DNA of 64,000 nucleotides, taken from Octopus sinensis (lineage: Eukaryota). Location of the stretch: positions 3,472,001 to 3,536,000 of the forward strand of contig NC_043013.1 of assembly GCF_006345805.1 (NCBI RefSeq), in the 5' to 3' direction. Positions 55,056 to 64,000 of this stretch are shown piece after piece. The notes under the pieces are model-generated. The model did no database searches. It was not told the DNA's origin and saw only the letters and a program-made list of their open reading frames with translations. A program made the translations under genes and the position numbers. How positions within the stretch are numbered: position 1 is the stretch's first letter; each line of letters begins with the position of its first letter.

Positions 55056-55350
55056 GGAGGCACATGGCCTAGTGGTTAGAGCAGCGGACTCGCCGTCGAG
55101 GGATCGCGGGTTCGAGTCTCAGACCGGACGATGTGTTTATTAATGAGCGAAAGACCTAAGCTCCACGCGGCTCTGGCAGAAGGTAATGGCGAAACTTCTG
55201 CTGACTCTTTCGCCACAACTTTCTCTCACTCTTTCCTCCTGCATCTTGAAGCTCACCGGCGTCCCATCCAGGTGGGGAACCTATACCCCAAGAAACCAGG
55301 AAACCGGCCCTTATGAGCCAGGCATGGCTCGAGTAGGAACAAACAACAGG
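55056..55350 (+). mobile_element. tRNA-derived SINE family C with a Meta-domain-like 3' part
   Basis: TGGCCTAGTGG box A, GGTTCGAGTC box B and CCCATCCAGG...AGAAACCAGG...ATGAGCC...TGGCTCG. Confidence 0.75.
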
Positions 55351-55372
55351 AAACCTAACACAACAGTTACAG

Positions 55373-55432
<60 letters not shown>

Positions 55433-55479
55433 ACAGCAGCGATACTTGACCATAAGACGACTTATTCACTCGCCCGTGA

Positions 55480-56150
55480 CGAAAAATACTCCTCCAGTGC
55501 TCTTCTGACTTCCTCTGCAGAATTTATTTTTCCCTTCCAAAAGATTTTGAAGACTGCAAGAATAAATGATAATCAGATGGGACAATGTCTAGTGAATATT
55601 GTGGGTGGGGCATCGTTTTCCATTCAAACTGCTCCAGCCTTCGGGATGTCATCCTCGTTGCATATGGCCAAGCATTATCCTGATAGAAGAACACCTTTCG
55701 TCTTGAAACCAAAGCTGGTTGTTTTCCGATGGCACACAGGTGTCGGTGAATGGTTGAATGACCGAATCCAAGCTTCTCTGCTAGTTCTTCAACAGTTACG
55801 ATGAGATTTTGTTCCACCAGGGTTTGCAGGACATTCTCGTCGAGCTCTACAGATCTTCCAGGAAGGCTCGTCTTCTAGGTTGTAGTTTCCGGCTCGGAAT
55901 TTCTGGGACCACCGTTGACACTGGCTTATGCTTATTGTCCGATCCCCAAGTACTGCATTAATATTCCTCGCACTTTCCATTGCATTGTTGCCTTTATTGA
56001 ACTCATAAAGCAAAATATGCCGAATATGTTCCTTTGTCACTTCCATTATAGCTTTGAAAAAAATGATAAACTCGAACTGCACTCTTCAAAACTTGCACTA
56101 AGTATAAGGACAAAGATAAAATTACGACCTACTTTTATAGCAAGTTGGGG
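55480..56150 (-). pseudogene. Internally deleted mariner transposase relic
   Basis: EHIRHILLYEFNKG, RWSQKFRAG, QDNAWP and HPQYSLDIVPSDYHLF. Confidence 0.88.
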
Positions 56151-56744
56151 GCAGGTAGTCTATTCGGTACCCCTCCATCTTTTAGTTCATGCAATTGAAG
56201 AAACCGCATTATTTATTGGATGACCCAATATAGTAGTCATTTTAACTGTTGGAGTTGTTGTTACTGTTGGCTGTTGTAATGATTGTAGTTGTTGAGGTTA
56301 ATGTTTTTGCAACAGTTATTGTTGTTGTTGTGTCTATTATGATGATAGATTGGAGATTTGGAGGATCGAAATCGGTAGAGCGCTGAATTACATTTTTCAC
56401 AGTATTGAGTATTTATCTTCAGTTTTAAATTTAAGAAGCGGTCAAGTCCTCTCATACAAATTTCTATTAATGCAGGAAATCAATGTGAGCATAATATCAA
56501 ATGTATTGCCATCAAAACCGAACAGTCATTTTTCTCATTTTATCCTCATTATTCAAAGTTATTCTAATGTGCTGAAGATAGCCTTGATGCCAAAGTGTAT
56601 AACGAGTGTGGGCAATACTTTTGAGCTCATCCATTTAAACTAACGAAACATTGATCCATTATGCAGAATCTCTACTGAAAATTGTGGATTATATTTTAAC
56701 ATTCTGACAAAGTATTCTTCAATATATATCGAAGACTACGCTGT

Positions 56745-57150
56745 GAAGGCGTGTAGCGTAGTGGTAAGGGTATTCAGATTCCAATCGTAAGGTCGTGTCT
56801 TCGATTACCGGCGGCGCAATTGTGTCCTTCAGCAAAACACTTTATTTCACGTTATTCCAATCCACTCAACTGAGAAAAATTACTTGTACTTCAGGCCAGC
56901 CCGAGAACTACGTCGAGAGTACGCAGTAGGGCACGTGGCTTAGTGGTCAGGGTATTGCATTCATGATTCCTGGGTCGGGCGATGTATTTTTTTTTTCTTG
57001 GGCAAAACACCTCTTTTCATATTTCTCCAGTACACTCAACTGACAAAAAAGAGTGATTCTGCGATGAACCGACGTCCGTCCAGGGGAGGATTATATACGC
57101 CACAGAATCCTGGAAACCAGCTTTATGAGCCTATGGCTAGAGAAGGACCT
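56745..57150 (+). mobile_element. Two adjacent diverged SINEs (CORE-like, with a Meta-like tail)
   Basis: TAGCGTAGTGG and TGGCTTAGTGG heads, CCTTCAGCAAAACACTT block and CGTCCAGGGG...GGAAACC...ATGAGCC. Confidence 0.65.
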
Positions 57151-58740
57151 TCGAACCATTTTGATACATATATATATTCGTACATATGTATGCATATATC
57201 CCTAAAATGATGTTATATGGCGAACTTGCTGGTGGAAAGCGCCCCTAACAGAAGCCAAGATTACGGCTCAAGTTTTTGTGTAAAGTCCTAGTTGAAGGCT
57301 TGTGAGATATGCAAGGTCAATCGAGAAAGCAATGCTTGACATCACCAATATAGGGGAAAGAAGTAAAGGAAGTGGTGGGTATTTTTAAAGAAACACTCAT
57401 TTTGGATGCTAGAATACGCAGTGTAGTGAGTGGGGGGGAGAGTTTCGTCTATAATATCTGAGGGTGTGTATGTCTATGAAGACCTGGGCTCATTAGTCAC
57501 CGGCGGAGCCACAAGTGCAAAGTATAAATTTGTCTGAGGACGCAGTGTTCTTAGTAGTATTTAGCTCCAGGTCAGCTCTAACTGAGGCAGCTTATAAAGG
57601 CATTTCATTCAAGACCGCCCTACATTTCTTTGGGGAGTTTTTCAGATAATGTATCTAGGATTATCCAGTGGGTCTCTCCTTTTATAAGAGAGTAGAATGA
57701 TAGAATGTTTCGTTAGCTCATAGTTCTGGTTTCGAACTCTTCTGCGAGTATTAGTCATGACAGCAATGCTAACAATACGAACATACTTCTTAATCCTCTC
57801 ACAACTACTTCAGAGTAGAGAGGAAACTGAATGTAAGCATAATATAAAAGCAACTATGTCAGAACTAAAATTTATATATATATAACATATACACCCGTAT
57901 AATTTGTGTCAGGTCATCAAAGAATACTGACCTTCCAGGCTGTTTATATCTATCAGAACTCTATAGCAGCCAACACAACTTATTGCTCGATCGGCGGAGG
58001 TATTTAATTAGAAGCATTTAGAAATTTTCTCCTGATTTATCTGAACTGCCTATGAAATTTCTCCAACTTCCACAAACCTTTAATTCTTAACTGACTAAAG
58101 CGTTCTTGCCTATGATCTTTTTTCCTGTAGATTGGAGTCTTCGAGATATTTTCGACGCAGCTATCGATACAATTACGTTTTGCTTTGATTTCGTGATCGA
58201 TACAAACGAAAAGGTTTCAAATAAACGTTAGGAATAATTTTGCTTTGAATCTTTCACAATTTTCTTGAGACCATTCAAACGATCGACTTCAAAACATTCT
58301 GCCTGTATCTTCACCCCCATGTTAAGCCGTGAATATCTAACATGATCTAATTACAGTTACAGACTCGATACGATGTGGAATTAAGATATTTGAGAAAAAA
58401 TATATTTTTGTTTCTGTTATGTTTTTAGGTTGGCTAATTCCGTTTTTATATATCTAATAAATAGTATTTTGTAATTGGATAAACACATTCCGTAGGTTTT
58501 CTTTTGATAATGTGAGAGTAGAATGACAAGTATGTATGTTTTTTTTAATTTATACATTGAGAACAGACATAGGCTAGATAGATGTTGACTTGATGAATAT
58601 TGTGTGCAAATACCGACTATTAATACAGCCTCTTGATACTGACTGGTTAATCACATTTTGAAAATATCTGAATAGATATAGTGTATATGTGTTAAATGAC
58701 AGACACATACTGTTAATGTTTCTGCGATAGACAAAATGTA

Positions 58741-58974
58741 TATATTTCTTTATTACCCACAAGGGGCTAAACACAGAGGGGACAAACAAGGACAGACAAA
58801 GGGATTAAGTCGATTACATCGACCCCAGTGCGAAACTGGTACTTAATTTATCGCCCAGGAAAGGATGAAAGGCAAAGTCAACCTCGGCGGAATTTGAACT
58901 CAGAACGTAACTACAGACGTAATACCACTAAGCATTTCGCCCGGCGCGCTAACGTTTCTGCCAGCTCGCCGCCT
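58741..58974 (-). mobile_element. Young full-length SINE family B with a 13-bp TSD
   Basis: TAGACAAAATGTA at 58728-58740 and at 58975-58987. Confidence 0.95.
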
Positions 58975-59229
58975 TAGACAAAATGTAAAGACGACATTCA
59001 CTGGATAGCCGTAAAGATATTTACTAGACAGATGTAAATAGAAATTTATTGGTTTGTTGTACATGTTGTTAAACCTAGTTGAGCTGATTACACCCAGAAA
59101 GACGTTCCAGCCATAACTATTCCATCATTTGTTATCAACCATATGTCTAGTATAATATAACATCCTACGTGTCTTTCGTTTTTTAAGAAAATAGAGTATT
59201 ATTTGAGTGGTATTTAGCTGTTATTTCTG

Positions 59230-59500
59230 GTAGTTTGATTGATTGTATAGATGCTCCCTTGTTGGTTCGATGTTAACTGGGAGGGCATAGTATAGATTCT
59301 ACGCTGGATAATTCTGTCTAATAAATTTTCAGATGAGCATCTCTTGGATCCGTTGGGGAATGGAACTGCATTATCCACAATACTCCAGGTTATGGGAGAG
59401 GTTTTTATTCCAATATCCCTTTCCATTCGTTTTAAGGAAGATGGAATTGATTCTGAACTTTATGAATGCATGTGTTCGTTATGCCTGATCTTGAAACTAT
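59230..59500 (-). pseudogene. Penelope-like element GIY-YIG endonuclease relic
   Basis: GNSFKIRHNEHMHS and ITWSIVDNAVPFPNGSKRC resemble the C-terminal PLE endonuclease region. Confidence 0.55.
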
Positions 59501-60149
59501 TACCCCTAAGGCTTTTGTAATTCCTCTATAAAGACATAGCATATGAATTAATCAAATGAGTAACAATTATAAGTCCCTTACAATTCTTTAAATTGTTTTA
59601 ATTAATTTATATTTCATACTTAATGAATCAAAATCCTTTAAGAGAGAGTTCCAAATGATCTTCATTTTTTTTACTCAGATTCAAATTGAATGGTCTCCAG
59701 AAAATTGTGAAAGATCCAAAGCAGGATTATTCCTAACGTTTATTTGAAACCTTTTCGTTTGTTTCGACCACGAAATCAAAGCAAAACATAATTATATCGA
59801 AAGCTAAGTGCATCTGAGAAAAAAAAAATCAAGACCATCTGGGACTCTCATTTCAAGGATTTTGTCGTATGTTATTCATGAATAGTCATCTTCCCACTTC
59901 CTAGTAATAACCCACCATTCTCCTACAAGAAGTTATTTCCCAATATCAAGAGCTTTTTATTTATAGCATACTTTCATTGCACAACCGCGTGCAGCTGCGT
60001 ACCTTGAATATATACAGTGCTTTGTTTCTTTGCTTTTGTTTTTCGGAAACTGGTTTATCATACTGCAGTTTTCAACTTGTTAATCTTACTATTTTCTTTG
60101 TTAATTATATTTGTAAATCCCGACATTGTGATTGTGTATCATGCTTTTG

Positions 60150-60195
<46 letters not shown>

Positions 60196-60220
60196 CGCGC
60201 GTGTGTGTGTGTGTGTGTAT

Positions 60221-60293
<73 letters not shown>

Positions 60294-60449
60294 TGTGTGT
60301 GTGCGTGCGTGTGTGGTGTGTGTGTGTGTGTTTTACAACCAAAACACTTATTATAATTGCCTTTGTTTTCAGACCCGACATTCGGGTTATATCTATTTCT
60401 AGACTTTTAGTTTTGGATAATTTCTCAGTTTCTTTTTGCGGCACATTAC

Positions 60450-61210
60450 CATCAAGTGGGACTAATAATGCCGTTTTGGGAAGTATTTCTTTTCCTGGTT
60501 GTTTTTGACAACAATATCAAGTAAATTAACCTTGACTCTCTCTACCTGTGTTATATTATCAGCATATTCCAGAGTATGGTTGCCTGTTTATATTAGCGTA
60601 TTCCACAATATAGTTACTATAACTTATTACAGGGGCAACTAGAGTATCGATACCTATCTTATATTCTGCATTTTGTTCATATCTAAAGTATTAATACAAT
60701 TCGTCAGTAAACTGCCTTCTCGACCTTTTCTTTCATTTGTGTGTGTTGCGTTCGATTTACTTCATTCCTTCCCATGTCTCCGTTTATATTAGTGTTTTCA
60801 GATAAGTTCCTTTCATCAACGCTGCCTTGATACATTTTTTCTTCAGTGTGTTTTCAGTTGATTATCATCTGTAACATTCAGTTTCAGGTCGTCAATATAC
60901 AACAGCAAACGTAAATAATTTTCCTACAGCATTTGTATTCGAGTCCTGTCCTAACCGGGGAATTAAAGATGTTAACACCAAGTAGGAAAATAGTTGAGTG
61001 AGAGAGAGTCCCTTTGGAATATTACTGTTCTAACAGAGATAGAATTTGTTTTTTATCATTCTCGATTTTATTTGAGTCTACATAAATTCTTTGCCACTTA
61101 TTCACGAACTGCTTGATGCACCTGCTAATTATCGGTGCTTGTTCATAGTTAAGGTTTACAGAATCCACATTTGAGGAACTCTGCCACAAACCTTTCTGGT
61201 GGTTCATTCT
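60450..61210 (-). pseudogene. Decayed R4-type RT fragment
   Basis: IFQRDSLS and HLRLLLYIDDLKL. Confidence 0.6.
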
Positions 61211-61489
61211 ATACCATTCTTAAAACTCACTTTCTGTTTCTACAGACTTTGGTTATGGCAGTTACTGATCTTTACACCTATATGACACTCCACGGCCTCT
61301 CTTCCGTTCTTCTGAAAACTAGTTGCTGTTTTCTCCCCACTTAACTATTTATATCCTCTTATTATTGCAACAAAGGCCTTAATCAGACAGGTTTAGGGGA
61401 TCTGTTGTTTCTTTCGTCTTTGGAATTAAAATGGTTTTCTCTTCAAAGAACTTTTCAAGTGTTGTTTTCAACTTTTCAAGGGGGTTAGT

Positions 61490-61960
61490 TAGTTAGTTAG
61501 TTAATTTAGTTAATTTTTTGGCTCAAAAAGCAAAAAGCAAGGCCATGTAGGGGGACATGGAGTTATGTACAGGGAGGGTGTTCATGCAAAGAGTTCAGGC
61601 CATTTCTGGTCAAGAGAGACTTTGAACCGAGCGGTCGTCGGCATCTTCACTATCTCGTCCGGCAGCTTATTCCACGGATCCGCAACCCGGACGGAGAAAG
61701 CCCCTCTCCTTCGATTGAGATGAAATCGTCGCAGATAGAGCTTTTCGGAGTGACCCCGCAGCCGACGCTCTGGAGCAGGAATGAAGAACAGCTCTTTCGA
61801 GAGGTTACACTTTCCGCTTATGATGTTGTGAGCAAGAATGAGATCACCACGGTGAATATATTCTTTTGTCAACACTTATTCTGTGTGGTTTGTATTGCAA
61901 GCTGGGCTTTGGTATTTTATCACTTTCTGCTGCCATCTATTTGTTAGCTTTTTAGTGGAG
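61490..61960 (-). mobile_element. 3' end of a CR1/L2-type LINE with a (TAAC)n tail
   Basis: RGDLILAHNII...LRGHSEKL...FSVRVADPWNKLP...FKVSLD, with the (GTTA)n tail at about 61490-61510. Confidence 0.85.
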
Positions 61961-63606
61961 GCATTTTTAATTCTTCAGTTTCTCTGACACTCCACGATAA
62001 GTGTTCACAGGTTGCGTTTGTTCTTTTGAACATGCTCACCCGTGACGTTCTTTTCTTTATACATATTTCGCGCCCATCCTCAGAATTCCTCCACTTGCTC
62101 TTGGAGCTACATTGATTTCTATTTTATTTTTACGTAGTTCTTGATAAAATTCGTTTTGGGTTAGAATCGAACTGTTTCTTTAGTTCAAAAAACCGTTATC
62201 GTTTTTCCTAACGACAAGTTCTTTGCCATTATGGAGAGATATCTTATTTCGGACGTTCTTTGATTGCGAGTTCGAGTTTCCTTTTCCTTTTTTTTCCTTT
62301 CCTTTCTTACCATTTGTGTTCAGTATTGATATTATTTAGAAATGAGGCATCTTTCTTTCATTTTCCATTTTTTTACGGGTTTGTTTTCCATGCTGTTTGG
62401 GTTTTGATATCTCAATATAAGTAAATTCGATGGCGTATTCCCTTTCCTTTGTTATTTCTGTGCCTGTTGCTGCGTAACGAGTACTCAGACACACAACCGG
62501 TCAAAACTGATTCGAAATGGTGAGAAATCAGATGAGAAAATGCATTGAAACAAAGAAAATAAAAACTCGAAGCAAAAGCAATGGATTTTCTGTAAAAATG
62601 ATACGCAAAGCATGTCAGGAGCGATGGAAAATGGAAGAGTTATGTAAAAGTTTTATGAAATTTATGTAAAAATAGTGTAAAGATAAACATTCGAAACCTG
62701 GCAGTCGAAAAAACTTAAGAATTCAGAGTAAATACAAGAAAATTCCAATATATTCCTAGAAATATTATTAACAGTCTTTATAAGAAGGAAGTATTAATGT
62801 ATGTTACCTGTTTAGTGGAAGAGACATCGGAACTCAAAACGTCGAAGAATGCCTGCAGCAGTTCAATAAGTTAGGTTAAAACCAATTTGTTCTCAAATAG
62901 ATTAAAATACTTCTCGCTGCAACACAACAGACATTTGGGGGGGATTATGGTGATAGTTACATCTCTGCGAGTTTGTTCTTTCCAAAATTGACCAGTAGAT
63001 CTCGAAAGGAGCCGAAACAGATCCTTTCAATAGCCAAAGGTATTTGGACAGACTCGTTCAGGATACGTGAAATGTGGGGAAGCGTTTCGCGAAGTTTTTC
63101 AACCTTAATAAAATTCTATATTTAACTCTTGATTCCTATTTTCTCTTCCTCTTCTGCACGCACGAATGTGTGTGGTGTGTGTGTGTGTGTGTGTGTGTGT
63201 GTTGTGTGGTCTGTGTCTGTCTGTGTATCTGTGTGTGTGTGTGTGTGTGTGTACATGCATACATTTGTGTATGTACACGCATACATTTCTATATTGTTAG
63301 GTGTCTGTTTAAAAAGCTGGAGGAACCACAATTTAAGGTTTAGCACTCATTAACATATAGGGGTCTGAACTATTTATTTAGATTATGGCACTTACAAGAC
63401 TGTTCGTGTTTCTTTTGATTTCAAACTCATCACAGTGCAAATGTGATGCTGATGCCAGTCGGGCTTTGCAAACGTGTGCGATGTAATGCAATAAGGGGCA
63501 GATGGTGTATAGGGTTTCAATATTAGCTGTTGGTCAGTATATTATGAAATACTTAAATGTATGGAGGAAGGGTGGTGGCCAATAAATCAAAATAAGCCAT
63601 TGAAAG

Positions 63607-63637
<31 letters not shown>

Positions 63638-63849
63638 TGTAAGTGTGTGTGTGTGCAACCGAACCCCGTTGCTGTCTTGGCCGACAAGGGGACGACTTTA
63701 CATCTAGCATGGGCCGCCTAAGGTGCAGGTCACTGACTACATGTTTCCAACCCGTCAGGTCTGCATGCTTCGCCACCTTCCCATCGCCGCAGGACTTCCG
63801 AATAAAGATATATATAAATATATTCGGTTGCCATAATAAAACTCCGAGT

Positions 63850-64000
63850 TTTGGATGGCGGGGCGGAAACCCGTTCCGGTATCTCTTCAGTTATCGAGGC
63901 AATTAAAATATGCTATGAAAATGACCGTTAAACAAAGGGGAATTACTATGTAATTGACCGTTATTAAGACGAGAGAGCTATTAGAATGACCGTTAAATAA
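63850..64000. promoter_or_regulatory. Candidate promoter segment: GC box plus three phased TGACCGTTA motifs
   Basis: GGGGCGG, TTCCGG, and TGACCGTTA at about 63922, 63955 and 63987. Confidence 0.4.

Larger units (their letters stand above)
58160..59804. mobile_element. Candidate element bounded by about 120-bp inverted repeats (58160-58278 and 59686-59804)
   Basis: TTTTGCTTTGATTTCGTG...GTTTCAAATAAACGTTAGGAATAAT...GAGACCATTCAA recurs in reverse complement. Confidence 0.6.

Noticed and set aside
55056-55125. tRNA-like head as a functional tRNA gene (likewise the other SINE heads)
   Set aside because: Only boxes A and B are retained, no cloverleaf or terminator is present, and it continues into SINE body.
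63655-63790. GC-rich segment considered as an HDV-like ribozyme
   Set aside because: I could not build the nested double pseudoknot on either strand by eye.

Overview
AT-rich, repeat-dense animal genomic DNA, most likely octopus or another cephalopod. This is inferred from the tRNA-derived SINE families and the extreme (CATA)n/(TA)n/(CA)n load. No intact multi-exon protein-coding gene can be supported, and nearly all long ORFs in the supplied track are microsatellite translations. The window holds many SINEs from at least four families, mariner/Tc1 elements (one full-length but frameshifted), a hAT relic, several R4/Dong-type LINE fragments sitting in microsatellites, RTE and CR1/L2 3' ends, a Ty3/gypsy pol relic, a Penelope GIY-YIG relic and MITEs. 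The main finding is about nine minimal type-I hammerhead-ribozyme motifs from at least three unrelated repeat lineages. All recognisable copies have a palindromic, dimer-type stem III, and two related subfamilies show compensatory changes in stem I. One subfamily forms tandem arrays separated by microsatellites and carries a fixed non-canonical core (CUGUAGA). Other leads are two copies of a decayed intron-containing tRNA-Lys(UUU), an orphan eh1-like MMSFLIDDLL start, and three phased TGACCGTTA sites at the right edge. All assignments are by eye; no database search or folding program was run.
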